Shown piece after piece: positions 12,591 to 24,556 of a stretch of 64,000 nucleotides of DNA. The stretch comes from Babesia bigemina (taxonomy: Eukaryota). Both the position numbers and the translations under genes were made by a program. Under the pieces are notes generated by a model. It saw nothing but the letters and a program-made list of their open reading frames with translations, was not told the DNA's origin and made no database searches. Where the stretch lies: positions 2,542,001 to 2,606,000 of the forward strand of contig NC_027217.1 of assembly GCF_000981445.1 (NCBI RefSeq). The letters are read 5' to 3'. Position 1 is the first letter of the stretch; every line of letters starts with the position of its first letter.

Positions 12591-14249
12591 ATGGAGGAAT
12601 TTTCGAATAATGGAGGGGCCCCTGATATCGGTGATACCCTAACCGAGCTGAGCGCCCTTACCCTGTCGTCACGGGATTATGACAATTCGCAGAGCGGGAA
12701 TTCTACGGGAACAAGTGGCGCTCAAAGAAATAATGATCATAAGAGCCGGGATATCTATGAGTCGAACGAGGACGTGCTGTTTGTCGGTACCAATATACGC
12801 GTGAAGACAGATCGCGACGAACAGCGCTGCAACAAATACGACACAGGCTATCAAACATCGGATCCCGCACACACTGATGCATTGCCTCTACCGTACCGCA
12901 ATGATACGATCTATGATAATTACAACAATTCAAACGGGACACTAGACTGCAATAACGCAGGCGGGGATCCTGCGGTTGGCAATATGTATACGCATAGCAT
13001 GGATAGTACTGCAGCAGGAGACTCTGGTAACGCGGATGGGGATGAAATCACTACGGTATTAAAGATGCCGTGTTATTCCGAGGAGAAGCCACAAACGGGT
13101 TTCTTACTTAATTTTTTTCGACGGAAAGGGGCAAAGGCCACCTTAAAGTCAATTGTCAAGGGCAAGCCTGTCTACAACAAAGTTATTGATCTGGATGCGG
13201 ATTCCACCACACCGTGTGAGTATGAAGACGTCAACGATGCGCTGAGACAGATCGTTAGCACCAGGTCGGCCGGGAGAGCGGAGTCGGTTAGCGGATCCGT
13301 ATCCAACGGCTCCTCCACGTCGAACCGGAGAAGGAGGTATCACCACAACGATCATCACCATAGGCACGACCATGTTTCCCACAGGCCATATCCGTACCAG
13401 CCCGTTGTAAGCGTGGCGCGGATGGAGCCTGCCCAGATGGGTCGGTTTGATTTCTACGGCCCGGGAGTGACGCACAAGACCGATTCTGCCGAGTATCAGC
13501 CGATGACTCCCGACCTTTTCAACGGGTGGGTACGCGCATTTTTCAACGTCGCAGTAACGACGGTGCTTCTGTACTTGGGGTTGGTGTTTATACTTGCAAT
13601 AAGCCGTGACATTGGCAATGGTTTGGAAAAGAGACGGCAAATGGTCAAGGCGGAAGCTATGTTGTGCCAGGAGCTCTACAGGAAGAACAAGTGCAGAACT
13701 GTTAATGTCCCAGCTTTGGAACAGCAGTGTCGAGACTGGGAGGCGTGTATGTACAAGGACGCCATTCTCTACGACGACACCTCGTTCTTGTCTGCCGAGG
13801 TCCTAGGTGGAGTAATCAACAAATTTGTATCGCAACTGGATGTACGCACAGTCGGCATAGTGATCGCAGCGTTTTTGGCGCTTTTTGTTGGCAGCAATTG
13901 CGCCCTCTCAATGTCTGGTTCCCCAAGGCAGTCGAGACCCGGATGGTTCAGGAGGTTGTTCAGCAGAAATAGACAGCCTCAAGATGGTTCTGACATCCTT
14001 CAAGGAAATGGGTTCGCAACCAACCCCCAGGTCATGCATGTTATGCATAACCCCTATCTACAGCCAAACTACTGTCTCATGGGAAACTACCCGTATGTTG
14101 ACAACAGGTACCACTCGCCTACGCCACCATCGACGTCTCTAAACTACTACAACGACAAGCCAGACGACGAAGCGTCGTGGTCAACAAAGTCTGGGCCAAC
14201 AACAGCGTGGAAACGCCGTTTCACGTCAACCTGGGTTGACCAGAATTAG
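12591..14249 (+). CDS. Brr6/Brl1-family nuclear envelope protein
   Basis: Long low-complexity N-terminus, then TM - C..LYRKNKC....PALEQQCRDWEACM - TM, the four-cysteine Brr6/Brl1 luminal signature. First ATG at 12591. Confidence 0.85.
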   Translation: MEEFSNNGGAPDIGDTLTELSALTLSSRDYDNSQSGNSTGTSGAQRNNDHKSRDIYESNEDVLFVGTNIRVKTDRDEQRCNKYDTGYQTSDPAHTDALPLPYRNDTIYDNYNNSNGTLDCNNAGGDPAVGNMYTHSMDSTAAGDSGNADGDEITTVLKMPCYSEEKPQTGFLLNFFRRKGAKATLKSIVKGKPVYNKVIDLDADSTTPCEYEDVNDALRQIVSTRSAGRAESVSGSVSNGSSTSNRRRRYHHNDHHHRHDHVSHRPYPYQPVVSVARMEPAQMGRFDFYGPGVTHKTDSAEYQPMTPDLFNGWVRAFFNVAVTTVLLYLGLVFILAISRDIGNGLEKRRQMVKAEAMLCQELYRKNKCRTVNVPALEQQCRDWEACMYKDAILYDDTSFLSAEVLGGVINKFVSQLDVRTVGIVIAAFLALFVGSNCALSMSGSPRQSRPGWFRRLFSRNRQPQDGSDILQGNGFATNPQVMHVMHNPYLQPNYCLMGNYPYVDNRYHSPTPPSTSLNYYNDKPDDEASWSTKSGPTTAWKRRFTSTWVDQN

Positions 14250-14658
14250 TTTGTAATAACAGCGCAAGCGAATCACGCTAACGCGGAACGCTCGTCAATG
14301 TTGAACTTTAATCAATAGTTTTTAAGAGATATTGTTTCTGCACAACACACAACAGTATTGAATATTTTTTAGAGCTTCACATGAATATTTTCTGTTAGAC
14401 AAGTGCGGCATCAGCGGCCTCTTGCTAAATAAAATAATGTTCATACGATAAACAAAGTATAATACCCCATAGATCACGTGTGTAATAACGCTTTCTCTAG
14501 TGTTGTACGTATAAAGGTCGTTGGAATGGACAGCATGGGGCAACACCGGCTGGGACCACCACAGATAAGGGGTAGCAAACACGAAATGGCCTGCGCTGTC
14601 ACCACATTAAAATTACATATATATTGCGATGGTCAAACTCTACATACACAACCCGAAG

Positions 14659-14916
14659 CTAATACGTGCCTGAAGCTGGGTACCTCTCGTATGGGTCGTA
14701 CATGTCTGGGAGACCGTACAACTCGTTGTGGATTTTGTCAAAAGGCCAGGTGCCAGTCTGAATCATTATAACTACGGCAACAATGACAAAAGCGACAACA
14801 GCGCTTACTGCTAGAACTACGTATTGTACCCAACCATCCTCTTCACTTCTTGTCTTCATCCTGCACAGCAATCCACCACTTACCTGGCTGAAATTACCGT
14901 AAATCCATACATACAA
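14659..14916 (-). CDS. Small single-pass membrane protein, start uncertain
   Basis: MKTRSEEDGWVQYVVLAVSAVVAFVIVAVVIMIQTG...YGLPDMYDPYERYP. One clear TM. A short GTAAGT...GCAG intron lies just upstream of MKTRS. Confidence 0.45.
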   Translation of the reverse strand: MYVWIYGNFSQVSGGLLCRMKTRSEEDGWVQYVVLAVSAVVAFVIVAVVIMIQTGTWPFDKIHNELYGLPDMYDPYERYPASGTY

Positions 14917-16093
14917 GATGTCATATACTGAATGTGCTTTTATTGTTTTTTACGTGTTACTAATACGGGCGTGTTAACGGTGCTTGGTGTAGTTGAACAT
15001 GGGTCCACTCTATCCGACTTCAACAGATACTACCTACTGCATGCGATTGCTCGTAGAGTTACAAACGATGCCTGCGTCCATTCTAAGGTTTTCATGGTAT
15101 ATGTGCAGCGTGTTATCAGGGTCGTGGTTTTTCGGTAACGTAGCTGAAGACGCCGGGTCATATTAGCATTTACTTGCGGTGGGCAAACTCGCAGAACTAG
15201 CTTCTGTTGGATATCGGTAGCATTCACGGTTATTAATCATCGTATTCATTGCTCGTCTTCGCATCCCATTTCATCACGAATATGCCATGATTTCGTTACA
15301 GTGCGTACTAAGCGTCTGCCTGGATGGCCGACTACACTAATCTTAAATTTTTCTTAACTGCTCACATCACGACTTTTGTTGCAGATATCTAATAAGCATG
15401 GTGTACGGAGCTTAGCACTTGAACGGGAGCCCGTCAACACGTAAAGCCGAACATACGACGCTTATGTCACCTTGTGGTTGTATGATGTCAGTGCAAAAAA
15501 ATTACATGTTCACAAAGGCAGCGGATGCCATTATTGTTTATACGTTTTGTTGTGGCTTCATGTTGGGAGAGTCTTACCGAAATGGGACTTCAAAAGCCAG
15601 TGCTTGCTAGAAAAAGTGAGGTAGCATTTACTTAGTTTGCTAAAATGCCAAGTCTAACTCTGATTGCAGCATTGTAGCTGCAACTTGGCGTATCACGTGG
15701 CGTAGTAATAATATTAAATTACGACACTGCGTGAATTGACTGGTTTCCGTAGTAGGTCTGCAGCATTACCTCGATGAGTGCCATCCGTGGATGGTATTGT
15801 GGCGATTGTCGATTCCACAATGTCATTGACACGACGGTATTGTGATTAGTCTTTAACGCTTTCAGTATTTCTACAACTACGCAATCGTACCGAGCATTAA
15901 TGGTCCATCAGCTGCGGATTGGTTCGCAGATATTTTGACAACTCAAAACATCAACAATGGATGAGAATGTGCTATAAAAAGTTTTGGCAGTCACGTGTGG
16001 CATCGGTAAAAAGTAATATTAAACGCTATTCAACTCTGGATGCGCAACCATTAACGACACGTCTTGATATTCAAGCTGCGATATTTTAAAGCC

Positions 16094-17579
16094 TTATTTT
16101 TGCCCTGATGTTGTTTGAGCAGGTTTATTAACTTTTTCCTTATCTTCCGGATATGTGAAAAACATCGCAATGTAGCAAACGACGTTAAGCAATGTCCCAG
16201 CCAAAATAATGTACATCATTGACTTCCTCAAAGCCTCAGCATTTCTTTCTTTGATATCCGTAGCCATTGTTTCAAACGCTTCCCTGGAGGGAACGTAACC
16301 AAACACCTTCTCCGTCAAATATGCAGAAACCTGAAATAGAATAATACTACTTGAAATTCCTGATATGGTTCGAACTATGGCCGATGATGTTGCCTGATAT
16401 TTATTTTCGATTGATTTCTTCATAATTTCCCTATCCACGCCACCGAGCGTCACTAATGTTCCCCCGAGCGTTGCCAACTCTATGTAATGATACCAAAGCA
16501 AATTCCCACATGGAGCCTTACCAAAGAAGAATAATAAACATACAAGTAGTCGTACAACCATCACTGCGATTCCAGAAGCAAGTTCACCGTAATCCTCCGA
16601 CAAAACCACAATTTTCTTTATGCATTCTCCCCCAGCCACACTTCCAGCTGCGCCACCGATCAATGTAACGGCAATAGCAACACCTGCCATTGTATCAGAT
16701 ACTCCCAAATATTGCAGATAGATGGTCATATAATTAAACGCGCACATGGGAGCTTCTGCGATGAATATGGTAAATATTGATATCAAAACAGTTTTTCTGG
16801 TAAAAACTGCTTCAAAGGCGTTCTTTATAAGCGTCTGCAAGTCCTCTCCGTTTTTTCTCAACTCATTTTTCATTCCAAATACAATAGCTGTTCCAAACAA
16901 AATCCAGACATAACCCAACACAACGTACGACGTACGCCAGCCATAATACCCCAATAACACTTTGCGTGCAATAATCGTTGTTATGACGGCGCATAGCAAT
17001 CGTCCAATGCAATTCAACGCTTGAAGGCGCGTGAATATGCTTTTGGCCTTTTTTTTCTTGGGATCTTCTGATGTTTGTGCACTTTGTACACCTGCTGAAC
17101 CACTTGTTCCTTGTTGATTGTTTGTGTCCCCTGAACCGGTTGAATCTGCAACAATCTTTTGTTGGACGGGGTAGACGCACGCAAATCCGAAACCGTGTAA
17201 GAAACGCAAAAATAGAATCTGCAGAAGCATAATCAGTTGAATGATTGCAACTTACGACTTTGTAGTGTGACGCAGAGCCCAGCAAAATTGAAGCGATACC
17301 CATCACTAATAAACCAGCGCCAAGCACAAAATTCGAATTGTGTCTGTCTGCCAGTAAACCCCAAATTAAGCAGCAACCCATGCGGGACATAGTAGACACC
17401 GTTGCCAACGTAGATAATTGGGATTGAGAAAAACCCAATGTTAACTCAAATGCCCTCATGCACATAGACAAAACCTGCTGATCGTAACCCTCAAAAAAAG
17501 AAACCAAATGGTACAATGCTTGTCCCAAGACATTGTAATCAACTGTTGCAGTTGAGGATTCTGACTTCAACTCTGCCAT
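16094..17579 (-). CDS. Major facilitator superfamily transporter (2 exons, intron 17219-17255)
   Basis: SFFEGYDQQVL..CMRAFELTLG, MFS motif A-like WGLLADRHNS, about 12 hydrophobic segments, 37-nt GTAAGT...CTGCAG intron. Confidence 0.88.
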
Positions 17580-20500
17580 TTTTGCTACGTTTCTATGGTA
17601 GTATTAAACTATTAGAGAGTCGGATAAACTTCTATAAATTGTTCAAAACATATATATACCAAAAAAACTCTTTGGATTCGGCGCCTTATGCTACCACACA
17701 TCATGGCATTAATTGCGATCAAATAACGTTGAATGAAACTACAAATCAAATGTTCACATCAATACAATCTTGGTAAACGTACTTACCATCGCCGCAATTC
17801 GCTGCACCCCAGAATGATGGGATTGTTCATCAAGCGAAAAGTGACAAAAAAAATAACACAGGTCCTTCAACTTGAATGAGTAAAATGCGAGCATCTATAT
17901 TTGTAAAAATTGAATCGCCAATATGTATAGTAGGCGATCGGCTAAACGCTAGTCGGCTGCCTTTGAAACCCTTCGCAATGTGTTCCAAATTATGTAGTGT
18001 TCTATATGGCTACGGTCTATTAGTGTCACTTTTTGCAACTGTTCCTAGTTCATGACCTATACGCTACTGTATTGCATAAGATTTACACATATCATCGTAG
18101 CGGAACATGGTGAGTGCCTTCCATGCTGATATCCATCCTGTCTGGACAGAGGGTTCATTCACAGAATCATAGTAGGCCATGCTACCCATAGCACAGGGCA
18201 GCATTCAAACGTTGTTAAGTTGTTGAATCGTTAATCTTGTAAATCCTTTACCTGTTTCTCGTACTACGCCTTTTGTATCTACACGTTGCCAACATTTCTC
18301 GGTTGGTGTTCCTAGTTTCGATGTCAGTTGTATTCTCCCTAACAACCCTTTTTCCTTAGATCATGCGTCCTTCTCTATTCTGTATAATTATTTGTTTGTC
18401 TCTATAGCGCATTGATTAACTGCCAATACCATGTTTTTAGGAGATGGGCTCAGATACTCTGGCAGATCACCCCGCCAAGAAATTTTCTGCTTATGTATTG
18501 AATATGACTTTATTCCTCTCTAAGTTGGCACCCATTTTTATCTGTGTCATTGCTTGTAACGTACCGGATTTATACTCCATGCTTCTCGGTTTATCTATAC
18601 GGCGTTTTGTAGAGGGGGGAAAGAAATAGGTGTAATAACATGTGCTCAAAACGGCACAATTACACGCAAATTACGTAATGAGTTGTTTAATACAGGCCAT
18701 TGCCTAAGATGGAGCTCGGGAGTGTGGTACTATATGTTTGGAAGAAGCAGAAGACAACGGAACATGTGGACGGAGTGAATCCGGAGAGCACTAAGGTTAA
18801 ACTATAATTGAGAATTTTGCAAAAAGTAATTCCATGAGACTTAAGCCTAGAAGTAACATTGGGGTGCATAATGCCACTATTAGATTGGATCTGGCGTAAC
18901 TAGAGGTGGCTGCGCCGACGAGCTGAGAGCGGTAATTTTTTGATCAAACAACCTTGCAAAACGATTACCATTGAATTCCAATTCTCATACACTTTAAAAC
19001 ACTGAGACTACAGGAATTGCGTACCCACGCAACGAAAATACCCTACGCGAATTGCACCGTCATGAGTGGTCCAGATTATCATAAAACTGGCACCCCATGA
19101 ATCCCAACAACCAACGCATGCATTGATTAGTTAGGTAGCCAACTTTATCACTATTACACAACATTACAATGTATAATACCCAATTACGCGAGTACAACTA
19201 CGCCAAATTCAGGTCATGCCACCTTCACGCCACCGCTGCTGTGCCTCGACCATGCTAACATGTAACGGCATGGCAACATACAAATCGTAACAATCACCTT
19301 ATACCTTGATTCACCACATGGCATTTTTATACGTCACCGATGATGTTCGACGTTGTCGGATTCTTATAGCAAAAGACTTCGTTGTGCTCATGGTATGGTA
19401 TGCAATGAGCAATGTTGGATGGTCTAAACTCAACATCTGCGACGAGTATTGAGGTGGCAACTTTACTGCGCTCAATACCCACGTCATTCAGTTGTACATG
19501 ACCATTCATCGCCTTGCTAACCCACATCACTAAATGTTGCATAGTGGCTGGTCCGGCTCCATTCAACTGGATATCGAAACCTAATCTACGTCCCCATCAC
19601 CAAACTATTTCCACTAAACAGCATGTGATTAGTTAGATGATGTATAGAAAACCCATTATAAAGCGAGGTCGCATGCCATCTTCAATTGTTCAGCATCGGT
19701 GTCAGCTATTTCAATTCCATCTGACATGCATCAGTTTATGGGGATATCCAAATTTGAAATCCGTATGCCGAATTTTTCGTAATACAGATGGCTGTCATTG
19801 TTATGTTACATATGACTGTTCATAAAGTGAAGCTGTGCGATCCATGTGATCTGGAGGTATTTTTATGTCACCGCAATTATTTCATCAGCGCATCACTGGA
19901 GCATAGAGGTATTCTCATATTGTGTTGACTGTTCTACTATGAGCAGGTTTCCCTCCTATATGCACTACATAACGACCATTGTTTTACTACACTGTCTTAC
20001 AGCAAAAAAAGGATTAGAGGGCTCACAATTCACGCACCTGTGGTGGGGCCCTCTCTGACGTGCCACACATCAGTGCGAGTGCATTTATAGACATGATATG
20101 GCTTCTTGGTTATAATAACCAGCGCATAAGTAGCTGATATACGAACGTTTCTTACATAGCAAAATATTTCTAAACCAAGTCGACGGTCAGTAGGATAAGC
20201 ATTTGCAGTCACAAAATCCACTTCGCGATGGTCACGTCGACGACATTACGCACACGTCTTAAATCGATATGTAGAAACGACACTACTCACGATGAAACTG
20301 CAGGACGGTAATTGTCTGTGCGACATGCTGGAGAGAACACAAATTCAACTTTTGTCGACGTAACGGCGTGCATACACGCCATTTAAGGCATGGTAGTGAC
20401 GAATAGAACGGCTGGAAAATGTAAGGTGTATAGATTTCCGGATGCCGTAGAATGGGAAATGACGATACTTTGGCAAAGGCGTGGTAGCAATGTAACAACA

Positions 20501-21404
20501 GCAACCCCGTGACCACGTCGAGGGAAATTCATGAGAAAGTTTTCATTACCAATGTTCAGAAGACTTTTTAATTCGGGCACTGAATGCTTATTCAATGTTT
20601 TGTAGGAGCTTACATCCTAATCGGCCATTGCCTACGGTGGTTGAAACCGAATGAGGCAGTTGGTGAGATAAAATGGTTGTTTACAAATCAAAGAGCTTAA
20701 TCAAGTGCTTTAAAAACAAGAAGCCAAACTAATAGTTGAACGATATGAAGTTGATCATCAAGGTGTAGTGGTTGGGAAACAAAATATCGCCTGTGCTGGC
20801 CAACGTAAAGTGCTGCTGGGAGTATTGGTTTCTTTTTCCGGAAATCAATGGCACATTGACCAACGCGGCAACATGATATAAGTATCTTTAGTAACAAATC
20901 AGATGAAGCAATTTTCGCAGAATTGTATGCATTACAGTCGCCGTTATTTATGTCATGCAAATGACACCTTTTACACCTCGCGCCCAAAATGGTATTTCGC
21001 GCAACGGAAGCTGCAATTTCGGATTATCATCGTAACACAGGATGACATTAACTATTGTGTCGCCAATAATTAATGTGTATTGGATTCGTAGCAGTGTGTT
21101 GTGATTCCATGTTCACCAGGTTTGCCAGGCATCTTCGACACAGGATTCCTTAACGCATTTTATATTCTCCGCGGCGTACGGTAGTCAACATTCGGAGATA
21201 GCATCGGAGTGGCGGTCCATGCTGTGATGACTAATAAAAAAATTTCCATCTCCTACGATCCTTTGGGTTAGTTGTTCGTCGTTGCGCATTGTTGGTTGCT
21301 TTTGCGGCTTACAGTTTAGTAACAGGGAGTGTTTCAGGCAGTCGTCGGATTCCCTCACTTTGTTCATACTTGTACATGGCCATTTGTATGAAGGAAAACA
21401 CAAA

Positions 21405-22277
21405 ATGGCAGAAGTGAAGAACAACAAATGTGAATGCAAGCCGACTAGATGCGGAAAGGGAGATGAACCATGCGCTAATCCCCAATGTATCGAGTGCAAG
21501 TATGGGTGTGACGCCGACTGTAAGGGCTGCGAAAAGAACTGCAAAGACGGCAAACCATGTAAATGTTGTACTCCTGTCTGTGGTTGTCCGACTAATTGCT
21601 ATGGAGACGACAAAAAAAGCAAATGTAAAGGACAGAACAGTTGTGAACGTTGTAAAGTGAAATGCAAGGATAGTGATAAATGTATATGCCATCGATGCAG
21701 CTGCGGAAAGCAATGTACTGGCGTTATTTGTAGCTGCTGTAGCTGGTGCGATCCGAAGAATTGTTCTGGAAAGAAGTGCGACGGCTACGTAATTGGTAGA
21801 TGCGAAGGTAATGGTCCATGCAAAGGCCACGTAAAATACGATAACGACGGCAATGACAACTACGGTGCTGTATTAAATCGCAATGATACAAATAGAATCC
21901 CGTGCGATGGAAAACCCCACCCAGGAAAGAAATGTACTGGCAACAACTGCAACTGGATTAGTGCAGACGATATCAAAGATGGTTGTTGCCTCAAGTTTTG
22001 CACGTACTGCGGTGACCTATGCGGCCAAGATAAATTTAGACGCTGCTGCTACATAGCGACCCCCGTAGTTATCACTGTGTTAGCATTCCTTATTTTTAGG
22101 TTTATGCTTCCCGAGAAGTTCCACGCGATTACGACTAAAATACGCGCCGCATTTCCCAGTCCTCCTAGGCATCCCGGAAGATCCCTGAGTAATCTCGTCG
22201 GTGACAGACTTCCCGAGGAGATGAACGTTGACCGCTACGCCGCCTTCCGACCAAAGGCATTTGCTGGCTTGGCGTAG
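21405..22277 (+). CDS. Cysteine/lysine-rich single-pass membrane protein (VESA1 CKRD-like)
   Basis: AAAATGG start. About 43 Cys in the first ~215 aa (CxC, CxxC, CC), then a TM (YIATPVVITVLAFLIFRFML) and a ~50-aa tail. No signal peptide. Confidence 0.75.
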   Translation: MAEVKNNKCECKPTRCGKGDEPCANPQCIECKYGCDADCKGCEKNCKDGKPCKCCTPVCGCPTNCYGDDKKSKCKGQNSCERCKVKCKDSDKCICHRCSCGKQCTGVICSCCSWCDPKNCSGKKCDGYVIGRCEGNGPCKGHVKYDNDGNDNYGAVLNRNDTNRIPCDGKPHPGKKCTGNNCNWISADDIKDGCCLKFCTYCGDLCGQDKFRRCCYIATPVVITVLAFLIFRFMLPEKFHAITTKIRAAFPSPPRHPGRSLSNLVGDRLPEEMNVDRYAAFRPKAFAGLA

Positions 22278-22712
22278 CCTGAGCGAAGTTTTAACATCGC
22301 AATAACTATAATTTCAAAATGTAGTAGTTTCTATGGTCATATTTCATATATATTGGCAAGCACTTTCTCATCTCGATAGATTGCTCAAATGCTGGACTGG
22401 TAACCACGTTCTCCCGCAACACATCCGTATCACCTGATCCATGTATTGCTCTGTGGACCAAATTACCATGTTGAAGTATTAGAGCCCCTCTAAAACACGA
22501 GACGCTCGTTACACTATGTAGAATCGTAATGCAAGCCGTTTAAATAAAAGTGCCATCTCACGGGAATTGTGTTTATGGCTAACATCATGGGGCAAGGTGT
22601 GTTCTGAAAATTATATGGTATGTTAATGCACCCATTTTCTCGATTTTCGCCGTTTTAAATATATTGAGACCGATAAAGCGCTATTACCCGGTGACATTAG
22701 ATCAGGCCACGT

Positions 22713-23558
22713 CTAACCCAGTGCCGTAAGTTCCTGCATACATTTTTAACAGCTAAACGTTCGACAAACCTCTTTCAAACTCTTAATGAGAGCAGCTTCA
22801 TCATGCGGCGATGACGACAATTTCGCTATTTGGTTTTTAATGGCCTTTTTAATTAGCGACTTAAGTTCAGATTCGCTTTTTTGTATCATGTTATTGTAGC
22901 ACGGCTTGCCTTCAAGTGGACGCAGGTCATAAGCCACACCCTTGAAGTCTCTGAACACACCTGCGAATGCGTTAAACAAATTAAAATTGCCGACTTGTGC
23001 GCATATCGATAGTTAAATTTCATGGAAGCTACTACATCAGATGGAAAAAACCTACCAGGGAATGCAGATAACTGATAGCACTTTCTGTAACCGTTCGAAT
23101 CAACATTTTCACGATCTTCGAACTCCTTTACAGGGTAGCACTTCAGCATGTTCTTTTGCAGTTGCTCGTGGTAGTTATAGTCCTTAGGCGGCCAGTCAGG
23201 CAGGACGTACCACCATCTGCACAATGTCATCAGACAGAAAAAGCAACGTACCTGCACAGCAACTGTGCAACCAGAACATCCTTGTCAGTGCGATTTTTGC
23301 TATATTGTCCAACTTGCATGTCTTCCTCTTGGACGTAAGATTGTCCATTCTCGTCTTGAGTCACGGGTTCTCCTGGCTCACTTTCAGCAACTGCAGTTTG
23401 TTTACACGCTTTTATCAAGCACCTTAGTGCCATTAGCGTAACTTACCATCTTCATCAGAGTTGACAGCGCCGCTACTCCCGTTCGTTGGACTTGCCATAT
23501 CCGTGTCTAGGAGCTGGTGAGTGTCATACTCCTTGTCATCACTACTGTCTTCTCCCAT
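22713..23558 (-). CDS. Conserved-looking hypothetical protein (multi-exon)
   Basis: Exons splice in frame: MGEDSSDD...LVAQLLCR|WWYVLPDWPP...CYQLSAFP|GVFRDFKGVAYDLRP...KPCYNNM...|ELTALG*. Confidence 0.7.
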
Positions 23559-24556
23559 AATTGCAATTAAAACGACTTAAACGTTAGACATGTGATTAAA
23601 CAATAATGTTATGTAATAATAAAGTTATTGTGTTAGACGATCGCGGTGATTTACGGAACGTTACAGACGGCAAAGCGCCTCACAGACAATGAATAAGATA
23701 CTACCACAGCAATCGCCGGTTTAACTGAGTATGCAAATATCGTAGACATTTTATAAAATGCTCTACTGTTTGTTGGATACCGCTAGAGGTGCTGCCATCG
23801 TTACTACGAGTTTTTATTTGGCACGAATTTTTTTTAGCAGTAATGGTAGTTCCCAAATGACGTGTATTTCTCTGGTACACAAATATTCGAACTACGTGTA
23901 ATAACTCCTCTATGATGTGTGTTTTATTGCACAAGAATCTGCGCTTCATTTACATAATGGCAGGACGACTTAGATGGCGTACAACTTACACACTTCCACT
24001 AGCAGTCCGCACATTCGCTTTTCAGCAGCTATTTTTGATAATTTCGTACCCACATAGATAATCTAAAGCGCTTCCACTTTTGTGGTCCAGTCAGCTCTCG
24101 TGATTTGTGAACGATTATAATAAACCTAGAATATTAGCTATGTTTTACACGGCATGGTTGGGTTTGAATGCCGCATTTAATGCCATATATCGGTATCATA
24201 TAGCGGCGCGTTCGCTTTGGTGAATCCTTGTACTATCTGGTGATATACCCGGCGCTACCCTCTGAACCCCTCTCGATGAGGGTGCGCACATCTTTAAATC
24301 CGTTTGACCTTTCGGCACACATAGAACTGCGATTTATTAATAGGCAGTCTCTATTACTGCTGGCAAAACCCGCACTTTAAGACATTGGCGTTTGTGGTTC
24401 TTGCAGTGCTGGAGGTTTAGGATTATCAGTTCGCCCCTATGAAAATCGTTACTGCATAATTATAGCCCAAACCAATTATTGTTTGCGTGTTATACGAGTT
24501 ACAACTTTTGTAACGCTGTGTAATGTGTTACACATCGACTGCTTGAACAATACAGG

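Noticed and set aside
17580..21400. Centromere candidate (longest gene-free, AT-richer stretch)
   Set aside because: Only about 60% AT by eye, less extreme than expected for a piroplasm centromere, with no repeat structure. Better explained as the island spacer.
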